64,000 bases of DNA from Candidatus Latescibacterota bacterium. GTDB taxonomy: Bacteria; Latescibacterota; UBA2968; UBA8231. This document shows positions 18,171 to 26,189 of this stretch, piece by piece (within the stretch, counting starts at the first letter, position 1; each line of letters starts with the position of its first letter). The stretch lies in assembly GCA_022827835.1 (NCBI GenBank), contig JAJEIO010000032.1:117748-181747 (forward strand), in the 5' to 3' direction. Below the pieces are notes generated by a model that saw only the letters and a program-made list of their open reading frames with translations, made no database searches and was not told the origin of the DNA. Both the position numbers and the translations under genes were made by a program.

Positions 18171-18809
18171 ATGCAGGAATTGCGCTACACGCTGCTGGCG
18201 GATGGATCGTCTGATCGCGCCCTCCTACCGATTCTCACTTGGCTGTTGCGCCAGTCTTGCGGTGCGATTCCTATCGAGGCGGAGTTTGCCGACTTGCGTC
18301 GCCTGCCACATCCTCCCAAAAAACTTTCTGAGCGCATTAACTGGAGCGTTGAACTGTATCCATGCGATTTGCTCTTTGTGCATCGGGATGCAGAGAGTGC
18401 CCCAATCGAAGAACGCGAGGCAGAGATTCGCAAGGCCTTAAAGGAAAGCTCAGTGGAAGATTCGGTACGCGTTGTTTGCGTGGTGCCTGTGCGGATGCAG
18501 GAAGCTTGGTTGCTCATCGACGAGGCTGCGCTGAGAAGGGCTGCCGGCAATCCCAACGGCACTCAGCCACTAGCTATGCCGGATGTGAAAAAGCTTGAAA
18601 GGTTGGCCGATCCCAAACAACTCATCTGCGGTCTCCTACGTCAGGCAAGCGGGCTTCGAGGGCGTCGCCTAAAGCGTTTCAGTTGGCGGTCAAGCGCACA
18701 TCGAGTGGCGGAAATGATCGACGATTTTAGTGTTCTGTACAGATTGGCCGCATTCCAGCGGTTGGCAGCGGCGGTCGAGCAGGTCTCAACCGCAGCGGAA
18801 TGGCGTTAG
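18171..18809 (+). CDS. DUF4276-like / Toprim-like small partner protein of the ATPase
   Basis: 212 aa, starting 12 nt after the ATPase stop. Acidic blocks YTLLADGSSD, LLFVHRDAES and VVPVRMQEAWLLID match my recollection of DUF4276. Not verified by HMM. Confidence 0.6.
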   Translation: MQELRYTLLADGSSDRALLPILTWLLRQSCGAIPIEAEFADLRRLPHPPKKLSERINWSVELYPCDLLFVHRDAESAPIEEREAEIRKALKESSVEDSVRVVCVVPVRMQEAWLLIDEAALRRAAGNPNGTQPLAMPDVKKLERLADPKQLICGLLRQASGLRGRRLKRFSWRSSAHRVAEMIDDFSVLYRLAAFQRLAAAVEQVSTAAEWR

Positions 18810-18837
18810 AGTCAAACTTTAAACTAGGAGGAAGCAC

Positions 18838-19932
18838 ATGACAGTGGAAGATCGCGGCTCGGCCATTCGGGTCGAGCGCCTGACGGCCATTCCGGTGGGG
18901 GCCAAGGGCTACGTGAAGGTGGAGACGAATATGGGGGTGGTTGGCTGGGGTGAGATCAACAACATGGAGACCAAGGTCGCCTGCGCCTTGGCCGAATCGC
19001 TGGGTTCGCTCATCGTCGGGGAAAACCCGACCCGCATTGAGCACCACTGGCAGCGGATGTTCCGCGCCCATCGCAACCTGCGCGGCGGCGGGCTGATGGT
19101 GCACGTGATTTCGGCTATTGACATGGCGCTGTGGGACATTGCCGGCAAGCTCTATCAGGTGCCGGTGTATCGCCTGTTGGGTGGCCCCTGCCGCGACAAA
19201 GTGTGGATGTATCCCAGCCCCAAGGCGATCAAGGTCGGCCCTGGGGGCGCGCAATATCACGCGGGGACGCCGGCTGAGGTGGCGGAGTTGGTGCAGCGGG
19301 TGGCTGACGCGCGCGCCAAGGTGGGGCCGGACGGGGCGGTGATGTTCGATGCGCACAGTATGTTGCCGTTGCCGCTGGTCAAGCAGTTTGCCGGTTATCT
19401 CAAGCCGGACGATTTGCTCTTTTTGGAAGAGGCGTGGGTACCGGGCAACATCGAGGCCATGCAGAAGCTGCGCGCGGCCGTGCCCGTGCCGTTGGCGACT
19501 GGCGAGCGCGATCGCACCATTTGGGAGGTGCGCGAGATTTTGGAGGCCCAAGTAGTAGATATCCTGCAGCCCGACTGCGGCCACGGCGGCGGCATTAGCC
19601 AGATGCAGAAGGTCGCTGCGCTGTGCGAGGCGCATCACGTGCCGATTGCCCCGCATTGCACTATGTCGTTTTTGGGCCTGACGGCGAGCTTACACGTGGC
19701 GGCATCTGTGGCGTTTTTCCTCATCCACGAGGGCTACGATCACCAATTGCCCGAAGGCGTGGCGCACAAGACGTGGACTTTGGACGCGGAGGGGTATGCG
19801 TCGCTGCCGGAGGGGCCGGGGTTGGGTGTGGAGATCGACGAGGAAAAGGCCATTGCCGTGGGGCAGGAGAGCGGGCGGCAGTTTAAGTGGCCGGATAATC
19901 GATTGCGGGATGGGTCGGTGGCAGATTATTAA
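18838..19932 (+). CDS. Enolase-superfamily dehydratase (D-galactonate dehydratase/MR-like)
   Basis: AIDMALWDIAGKLYQVPVYRLLGG, with metal ligands in MFDAH, FLEEAW and ATGERD, and ILQPDCGHGGGIS. AGGAGG lies upstream. Confidence 0.85.
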   Translation: MTVEDRGSAIRVERLTAIPVGAKGYVKVETNMGVVGWGEINNMETKVACALAESLGSLIVGENPTRIEHHWQRMFRAHRNLRGGGLMVHVISAIDMALWDIAGKLYQVPVYRLLGGPCRDKVWMYPSPKAIKVGPGGAQYHAGTPAEVAELVQRVADARAKVGPDGAVMFDAHSMLPLPLVKQFAGYLKPDDLLFLEEAWVPGNIEAMQKLRAAVPVPLATGERDRTIWEVREILEAQVVDILQPDCGHGGGISQMQKVAALCEAHHVPIAPHCTMSFLGLTASLHVAASVAFFLIHEGYDHQLPEGVAHKTWTLDAEGYASLPEGPGLGVEIDEEKAIAVGQESGRQFKWPDNRLRDGSVADY

Positions 19933-19935
19933 AAA

Positions 19936-19975
19936 GGAGCCTTTATCTGCAAAAGAGATCGCAGATAAAGGCTCC
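19936..19975 (-). terminator. Intrinsic terminator-like hairpin between convergent genes
   Basis: Perfect 15-bp stem ggagcctttatctgc / gcagataaaggctcc with a 10-nt loop. On the minus strand it is followed by TTTTTAATAA, downstream of the 20039..22318 gene. An A-tract on the plus side could make it bidirectional. Confidence 0.7.
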
Positions 19976-20038
19976 ATACTCATAGCGGGAATTGAGAAGC
20001 TGTTGCAATTCCCGCGTTTTAACGGGGTGTATAGGAGG

Positions 20039-22318
20039 CTATTCTTCTTCTATTACTTCCTCTTCTACTACTTCCCCTGCTACTACTTCTATCTCAAGGA
20101 ATTGAATACCTTGGAGCAATAAATCTACGTCTTGCTGCGTAGAAATAGGCGCTGGGGGAGGGCCAGGAGGGCCAGGAGGAAAAGATTCGGGAGGTGGCAG
20201 TTCGTCAGAGCCGCCTTCGGGTTCGCCTTCTACATCTTCACCGTCGCCTTCATCTTCTTCACCTTCACCGCCTTCACCCTCTTCACCTTCACCACCTTCG
20301 GGTTTGCCTTCCCCTTCCGATTCGCCTTCCCCTTCACCACCTTCAAGCTCAGGCGGGAGCTCAGGCGGTGGCGGGGGAAGGGGTGGCGCGACAAACGCCA
20401 AGCGAGCTTTTAAGAGGACGTTCTCGTCGGGTTTATTCAGGCGGGCAAAAACATCATCGAGCGATTCCTCACTAGGAGGGCCAAACGGTGGTGGACCGAA
20501 TAGTAGCTCATCGGGTCCTAATATTGCGGCGGATCCCACTTCGAGTTGGTAAAAACCAGGGAGCAGCGTATCCGGCACGCTCAGGGATAGCGCGACTTCC
20601 CGGTCCTCGATCCGTCCCACGCGCAGCGAAGTAGTAATATCCAGCGTGCTCCCAAGACTGATAACCGTGTCGGCCGCAACCTTCGCCACAGTGGCAAAAC
20701 GAGTCTCGGGAATCACTTCGACCTGCACCTCGGCCTCGCGCACGTATACGGCGTAATCGTCCCGCGTCATAAGTTCCACGAGTGCGAATGACACATCGTC
20801 ATAGGCTTCGAAAATTGAAGCCAAAAGGCGTCCGCCTGGTGAGGAGTAGAGCCGGGAACGAGTGAGTGTTGAATCGGAACCGGCAAAGGCAATATCCGTC
20901 GTAACGCGGATACTGTGATTAGGATCGTTGTCGACCCGGTTGGCCAAGGGAGCAAGGAACGCATTGCCGACGAGATCGAGCGAGATATATGGGCTGATGC
21001 CGACGGCCATTCTGTGATTGAGTTCGAGTTCGCTCCCCGAGGGAAACGTATAGACGCTCTTAATGGGTACTAGGTCTGGTTCCTGCTCGAGTACGCCGCG
21101 CACTGCGGGCAGGCGGTCTTCGGTCAGGGTGCCGCGCACCGTTGGGTTTAGGGTTGTAAACTTGAACGGGGCGGACAAGTTGGAGATTTCGCCGAGTACT
21201 TTTGCTTCGATTATGGGAAGTTCTACCGGGCCAGAACTGTTCATTGGATGCCCAAATCCATAGACCCGGTTGCCATCGACGTACGATACGGTTCCCACTG
21301 CACCGAGCGTAAGCTCACCGAGCAGCAAGCCAACGGTCAGGGGTCTGCCGGCCTCAAAGCTCTCCTGCCGCTCTTGGGTTAGACCAGCGGCGCTGGCTCC
21401 GCTCAGGAGGGAAGAACGCCCTTCAGGCAGCGGATGCACTCCATTGAGTCCCGTGCTCAGCAAGGGGATATCCAAGGGAGTAATGCGGTTCCCTTCCCAG
21501 GTGGCTGTGGGTTTAGCCGCTGGCATAAGCCCCCGCGTGCCGATGACCCATTCTATGGGGGTGGCAAAAAAGTAGTACGGCGGGCTGTCCTGGGAATTAA
21601 ATCCATAAGCAATAGCGCCCCAGGTGCCTTGCTCCGTAAAAATGGGCGAACCGCTCATACCCTTAGCAATGCCCCCGAGCTGTATCAAAACAGGATCGGA
21701 GGATTCGACCATATAGATCGGCATGGGTGCCAAGAAATCATCGACCACCTGGACGAACGTCATTTCGAGATCGGCCAGTTCACCGTGGGCAAATTCAGTG
21801 CGCATGAATACGGTCGTACCAACGGGCATGGCACGAACCTCGTCAACCGAGACAATGGAAGAAAGATCCCAGGGCTTTAACTCCCCGGTTGGCCGGAGAA
21901 CCGCTGCTGGAGCCAGTAGTGAACCGGCAGCGGCCAGCATGGAATCAGCGGCGGCGATCATGGTGTTCGCAGCGGCTAGCATGGAAGCCGCATCGGCGGC
22001 TATGGTCGAATCGGCGTCCGCAGCGACCATTGCATTCGCAGCGGCGATCATCGAATTAGCGGTAGCCATCATGTCATTAGCAGCGGCCAGCATGGAATCG
22101 GCATCAGCGGCGATAGTGGAATCGGCGTCTGCGGCGATCATGGTATTGGCAGCGGTGATCATCGAATCGGCGGTGGCCAGCATGGTATTGGCGGCGACCA
22201 GCATGGAATCGGCCGTGGCGATCATCGAATCGACGGCAGCAGCCGTTGGTGCAGAATCGTCGTCTCCACAACTCCACAAAGCAACGGCGAGGGTGAATAG
22301 GGCTAAACGGATCGGCAT
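20039..22318 (-). CDS. Lipoprotein with peptidase S55 (SpoIVB-like) serine protease domain, Ala-rich heptad stalk and acidic/Pro-rich C-terminal tail
   Basis: Lipobox MPIRLALFTLAVALWSC. Residues 27-135 are A(A/T)(A/D)(D/N)(S/T)M(I/L) heptads. IAKGMSGSPIFTEQGTWGAIAYGF...ATPIEWV matches the SpoIVB catalytic-Ser block GMSGSPI...G.IGAV...IEW. The C-terminus is PPELPPELEGGEGEGESEGEG...EEEVIEEE. Confidence 0.75.
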   Translation of the reverse strand: MPIRLALFTLAVALWSCGDDDSAPTAAAVDSMIATADSMLVAANTMLATADSMITAANTMIAADADSTIAADADSMLAAANDMMATANSMIAAANAMVAADADSTIAADAASMLAAANTMIAAADSMLAAAGSLLAPAAVLRPTGELKPWDLSSIVSVDEVRAMPVGTTVFMRTEFAHGELADLEMTFVQVVDDFLAPMPIYMVESSDPVLIQLGGIAKGMSGSPIFTEQGTWGAIAYGFNSQDSPPYYFFATPIEWVIGTRGLMPAAKPTATWEGNRITPLDIPLLSTGLNGVHPLPEGRSSLLSGASAAGLTQERQESFEAGRPLTVGLLLGELTLGAVGTVSYVDGNRVYGFGHPMNSSGPVELPIIEAKVLGEISNLSAPFKFTTLNPTVRGTLTEDRLPAVRGVLEQEPDLVPIKSVYTFPSGSELELNHRMAVGISPYISLDLVGNAFLAPLANRVDNDPNHSIRVTTDIAFAGSDSTLTRSRLYSSPGGRLLASIFEAYDDVSFALVELMTRDDYAVYVREAEVQVEVIPETRFATVAKVAADTVISLGSTLDITTSLRVGRIEDREVALSLSVPDTLLPGFYQLEVGSAAILGPDELLFGPPPFGPPSEESLDDVFARLNKPDENVLLKARLAFVAPPLPPPPPELPPELEGGEGEGESEGEGKPEGGEGEEGEGGEGEEDEGDGEDVEGEPEGGSDELPPPESFPPGPPGPPPAPISTQQDVDLLLQGIQFLEIEVVAGEVVEEEVIEEE
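21914..22240 (-). repeat. About 15 tandem 21-bp (heptad) coding repeats
   Basis: Recurrent gcggcgatcatgg / gcggccagcatggaatc units encoding AADSMIA-like heptads, with a higher-order duplication (ANTMIAADADSTIAADADSMLAAAN versus ANAMVAADADSTIAADAASMLAAAN). Confidence 0.8.
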
Positions 22319-22574
22319 ATTACATGCTCTCCTACATAGGTTTAGAGTGTACGCAGCGTGCGCAGTTCAATCTTATCCGATTCCATCGAGAGATGGTCGG
22401 CCGAATCCTATCCTGCTTAGAATAGCGGGTGTGGATTAGGGAGAGGATTCTAAATGTACGCAGAGATTCCGTTTTGTAAAAGATTTGGGTAGAAGACGCT
22501 GATGGGTTGACGTCGCAGGAGAGTGGTAAGTTCCACCGCTTAGATTCGACGATGGCGAGACCGTGCTCGTCTCA

Positions 22575-23219
22575 CTACGCGCTTAAGGTGTCCATCAAAG
22601 CTTGGGCGATCACCAGATGTCCGGCTTGGTTAGGGTGGACCGGTTCTGGACAGAAGGTGTCGGCGTCGCGGTACTGGAGCTGCCGTTGGAAGATGTCGTG
22701 CAGGCGCACTAAGCGGGCGTCAAAGCGCTCGGCTAATTGCTCCACCACTTCGATGTACTGAGGCAAGAGTTCGAGCACCTGGCTGCGGAAGGTTTGGCCG
22801 TTGTGGTCGGTGGAGATGTAAAACGGGGTGAGCAAGACGAGGGGACAGCCCAGCTTGTTTTGGGTGATCTCTAATATCTGTTCATAGACAGCGGCGAAGC
22901 GGGCCGGATCGACGCTGTCTTCGGCTCCGCGCAAATGACTGTGCAGGTCGTTGATGCCGATTTTGACGGACAGCCGGTCCGGCCGGTGGTAGAGCACGTC
23001 GTCTTGCCAGCGGGCGGCTAGATCGGTGACGCGGTTGCCGCCGATGCCTTTGTTGATGTAGCGAACCTGCCGCTCGGGGAAGCGGGCCGTGGCCAACTCG
23101 GTGAACAGGCGCACGTACCCGTTGCCCAGCGGGGCCTCGGTACCGCGACGACCGCAGTCGGTGATGCTGTCGCCGATGAACAGCAGCGTTTGTCCGTCTT
23201 CAATCCAGTATTGGCTCAT
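22575..23219 (-). CDS. SGNH/GDSL-family hydrolase
   Basis: LLFIGDSITDCG (block I), NKGIGGNRV (block II), and the GINDL block. Confidence 0.8.
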   Translation of the reverse strand: MSQYWIEDGQTLLFIGDSITDCGRRGTEAPLGNGYVRLFTELATARFPERQVRYINKGIGGNRVTDLAARWQDDVLYHRPDRLSVKIGINDLHSHLRGAEDSVDPARFAAVYEQILEITQNKLGCPLVLLTPFYISTDHNGQTFRSQVLELLPQYIEVVEQLAERFDARLVRLHDIFQRQLQYRDADTFCPEPVHPNQAGHLVIAQALMDTLSA

Positions 23220-23240
23220 AGGTATTCCTCTTGGTTGGGA

Positions 23241-24149
23241 TTACTCGTCGGCGTCTAGCAGGTTCCTAAAGGCTTCGAGGCTGGGCACCTGTATGGAAGC
23301 CCGATGCAACTGCTTGAGACGCGGCACCTCGTCGATGGCCGCAATCTGGTCGGCTAAGCGGCGCACGGCCGGCGGCTGAAAGCGCAGTTCTAGCACTTCT
23401 TGGATGCTTTCGCGGATACCTTGCTCAATGCCTTGCTCAATGCCTTGCTCAATGCCCTCCTCGCGGGCTTGTTGGGTCAGGTATTGGGCAAACGAGGATT
23501 CGCGCATGAAGTCCATGAGATACTCCTTGGAAACGATGGCCGTGATCGTCTGAGGATTATACACTAAGCTGCTCAACAGCGTCAACCCGGTGAGCACATC
23601 GGCTTTGACCGACCGCGCCAGCGGCATGTCCCACGCCTTGGCCACACACTGCTCTAACCACGCGGCCTCAGCCTGTCCGGCTGGCGGCTGCATCAGGGGT
23701 GCAAACGGCAGCAAGCCCACCGATCCGCTGTCGAGCACGGCCTGACCGGGGAGCTGACTCAGACGGAGCACTTTGTAGCGGATCACGACTAGATGGTCGG
23801 GATGCTCTTGAATGTAGTAGCCCGGATCGCGTCGTCCGGCATCGGGGCGCAGGTAGAGGACATAGGAATGCACCGGCAGACCGTAGCGTTCGATCAGGCG
23901 GCCGATGTAGCTGGCCATGCGGAGGGGCATGGGGGGATCGGTGCTGTCGGTGGTTTGAAACTCGTGGTGGACCAACACCTCCTTGCCGCCGATGCACACG
24001 CGGAGGAGGCTGTCCGGGCGGCGGACGTTGGGTTGCTCGGTGTCGAGCACTTCAACGCCTTCGATGTCATCGCGCTGGAGGGTGAAGCGGGCGAAGTCGG
24101 CCGGGTAGGTTTGGATTAGGTGCTTGGAAACGATGTCGATTTCGGCCAT
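23241..24149 (-). CDS. Rpn-family recombination-promoting nuclease / putative transposase (PD-(D/E)xK, with DUF4351-like C-terminus)
   Basis: DIVSKHLIQTYPADFARF..., RRPDSLLRV...VLVHHEFQTTDSTDPPMPLRMASYIGRLIERYGLPVHSYVLYL, and the C-terminal EEGIEQGIEQGIEQGIRESIQEVLELRF...LKQLHRASIQVPSLEAF. Confidence 0.75.
   Translation of the reverse strand: MAEIDIVSKHLIQTYPADFARFTLQRDDIEGVEVLDTEQPNVRRPDSLLRVCIGGKEVLVHHEFQTTDSTDPPMPLRMASYIGRLIERYGLPVHSYVLYLRPDAGRRDPGYYIQEHPDHLVVIRYKVLRLSQLPGQAVLDSGSVGLLPFAPLMQPPAGQAEAAWLEQCVAKAWDMPLARSVKADVLTGLTLLSSLVYNPQTITAIVSKEYLMDFMRESSFAQYLTQQAREEGIEQGIEQGIEQGIRESIQEVLELRFQPPAVRRLADQIAAIDEVPRLKQLHRASIQVPSLEAFRNLLDADE
23419..23454. repeat. Perfect 3 x 12-bp tandem repeat (ccttgctcaatg) inside the Rpn-family gene
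   Basis: Read directly from the sequence. It encodes (EQGI)x3 on the minus strand. Confidence 0.95.
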
Positions 24150-24375
24150 GGCAATCGGTTAGTAATTAGGGCTTGGCAAGCTATCCGAACTGGATTGCGG
24201 GTGGGGTGGTATCCGCAATAGGCAAAAATCGTGCTAGGGCGGCGGCTCAGAGGGGAGGCGGGGGATAGGAGGTGCTGGAGTGTAGCGGAAAGGTTACAGG
24301 AATGGGAAAGTTGGGGACAAAAGCGGCGTAACGTCAGTTAATTAATCGGAATAAATTAAGTTATGGGCTTATCGT

Positions 24376-24669
24376 CTAATGTATGTGAAGTTTTCCAGGT
24401 TCGCGCGCAGGCTCCCCGTCTCTATAAGCACGTTTTCCAGCCAAGCGACTGCTATCGGGCACTTCTATCCAGCCCAGAAGAAGGGGCGTCCGCGTTCTGA
24501 TCAAATCCCTCTGGATTGATAGACTTTCATCAATAAGATCCCAATGGCCTTCACTTTCCTCGTAATAAGTGTGGAATACGTCGGGTATCAGATCTAGCTC
24601 AGTAAAGTCTGCATACACGACAATAACAGTGCCATCTTTGGGTGCGGTATCCATCGGCTTCCAACTCAT
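24376..24669 (-). CDS. Small hypothetical protein with N-terminal W.P..TAPKDGT motif (DUF551-like)
   Basis: MSWKPMDTAPKDGTVIVVY... AGGAG lies 8 nt upstream. The region is AT-rich. The C-terminal tail may be read-through. Confidence 0.45.
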   Translation of the reverse strand: MSWKPMDTAPKDGTVIVVYADFTELDLIPDVFHTYYEESEGHWDLIDESLSIQRDLIRTRTPLLLGWIEVPDSSRLAGKRAYRDGEPAREPGKLHIH

Positions 24670-24687
24670 AGAAAATCTCCTGTATGT

Positions 24688-25269
24688 TAAAAGATGAACT
24701 GCTGTTGGGCTTTCTGTTGGCGTCCCAGTACGGACGGTGTGTCAAACCGCTTGCCCTCCAATAGTTCCTCGACGGTCATAAGCTGCATCTTGGGGAAGTC
24801 GTGGCCCCGAATGGTTATATGACCGGCCCGCACCATCTCGCGCTTGAAGTTCCGTTCTTTCGTCGTTGAAGAATATATCGCCCTGCTTCTTGCGCTTGCC
24901 TACGTCGTCGCGTACTCGACGTAGGCTGTAGTCGTCATACGCGGCGTCTCGCACGGGCAGCGAGTCGCGGTCTTCGGCGTAGAGGATGAATACTAGGTGG
25001 TAGAATAGAGTTAGGGCGGCGTTGCGCACTTCGGACAATGACGCGGCGGGCGCGGCCTTGAAAATAGCATCAGCGAGTTGTAGGTCGTCCTCAGTTTGGG
25101 TTTTGTTGGGGCTACCGTCCGTGGGGAAGCGGTCGAAGAGCGACTGCACCTCGCTCTCGAATGTGGCGAGGTCGTGATCGTCATAAGCCTTCCACTCGGG
25201 AAATTCTGCAATGGAGCTGTCGAGGAGGTCTTGGGCGAATAGACTGCCTTGGAAGTAATTTTTGAACAT
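24688..25269 (-). pseudogene. Decayed restriction-modification (type IIG/BREX PglX-like or type III-like) DNA methyltransferase remnant
   Basis: The N-terminal-like piece is MFKNYFQGSLFAQDLLDSSIAEFPEWK...KTQTEDDL...LTLFYHLVFILYAEDRDSLPV...YSLRRVRDDV. It is then frameshifted onto a typical methylase C-terminus, which I translated by hand: FKREMVRAGHITIRGHDFPKMQLMTVEELLEGKRFDTPSVLGRQQ...*. No catalytic core lies in between. Confidence 0.6.
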
Positions 25270-25410
25270 AAATAATAGGCGAAGATGGATAAGTTACTGG
25301 AAGCTATCTTACAAAGAATCGTCCCCGCCACATCCCCTTCGCGTCGTCTCCTTGTCCGTCTTCAATCCAGCATTGGCTTATGGATATTCACTTCGGTCGG
25401 AGGAGGTGCT

Positions 25411-26175
25411 TCAGACGCAGCCCGCATGTTCCTGGCCGCGCAACAGGGGATATTCGGGCTTTTCTGCCGGGCGACCCGTCCAGCGCGAGCGGGCGCTCAT
25501 GTAATGGGTGGCCATGCCGCGGCGGCGCGTCGTCGTCTGGTTGGGGCCAGAGCGGTGCAGGAGCAGGCTGTGGTGGAAGGAGCAGTCGCCCGCCTGCAGC
25601 AGGATGGGCTGTTCGCGCTGATGGTCGATGGCTGCGTCGGGGACTTTCTTGTCTTGCCGCTCGCCGACCATCCACACCTCGCTGTGGTCAACCAGCCCCT
25701 CGCGGTGGCTGCCCGGTACGACCCACAGGCAGCCGTTTTCAAGGGTTACATCGTCTAGGGCGACCCAAGCGGTAGCGAGGTCCATCGGCTCGATGTGGAA
25801 GTACGCGGAGTCTTGATGATAGGTTTTTTCTATGCCGCCTGGCCCTTTGATAAAAACTTGGTCGCCGAAGAGCTTGAGGTCTGGACCGAGCAAGTCGGCG
25901 GCAGCAGTAAGGAGGGGCTCCCGCATTGCGTGATCGCGGAAGAATGGATCGCATTCGGACGGGCCGTTGATTTTGCGCAAGTGATCGATGTGGCGTTGCT
26001 GGGGCGCGTTGGGGTCGAATTCGATGTTCGCCTCTGGGAAGGGCCGTGTACCCGAGGCGATCCCTTCGAGGTGAGTGCGGAGCGCGCCCACCTCTTCTGC
26101 GGAGAGGGCGTTGCGCAAGATGGTGTACCCGTCTTGCTGGTACTGGGCGATTTGTTCGGGGCTGAGTACGGACAT
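25411..26175 (-). CDS. Phytanoyl-CoA dioxygenase (PhyH) family Fe(II)/2OG oxygenase
   Basis: ORF 25411..26274. Preferred start is ATG 26175 (GGAG 6 nt upstream, after the stop of the aminotransferase gene). MSVLSPEQIAQYQQDGYTILRN, TYHQDSAYF (HxD), VVPGSH. Confidence 0.8.
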   Translation of the reverse strand: MSVLSPEQIAQYQQDGYTILRNALSAEEVGALRTHLEGIASGTRPFPEANIEFDPNAPQQRHIDHLRKINGPSECDPFFRDHAMREPLLTAAADLLGPDLKLFGDQVFIKGPGGIEKTYHQDSAYFHIEPMDLATAWVALDDVTLENGCLWVVPGSHREGLVDHSEVWMVGERQDKKVPDAAIDHQREQPILLQAGDCSFHHSLLLHRSGPNQTTTRRRGMATHYMSARSRWTGRPAEKPEYPLLRGQEHAGCV

Positions 26176-26189
26176 GGTTTGCTCCAAAT

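Noticed and set aside
20132-20552. Highly repetitive purine/pyrimidine-skewed DNA. I considered whether it was a CRISPR array or a noncoding satellite.
   Set aside because: There is no repeat-spacer periodicity. It is the coding sequence for the Glu/Gly/Pro-rich C-terminal tail of the S55 lipoprotein on the minus strand.
22403-22451. 11-bp imperfect inverted repeat (gaatcctatcc ... ggagaggattc) and repeated gtacgcag words upstream of the S55 gene
   Set aside because: The repeat has one mismatch and a 27-nt loop, with no recognisable ncRNA, riboswitch or tRNA features. It could be an operator but is unsupported.
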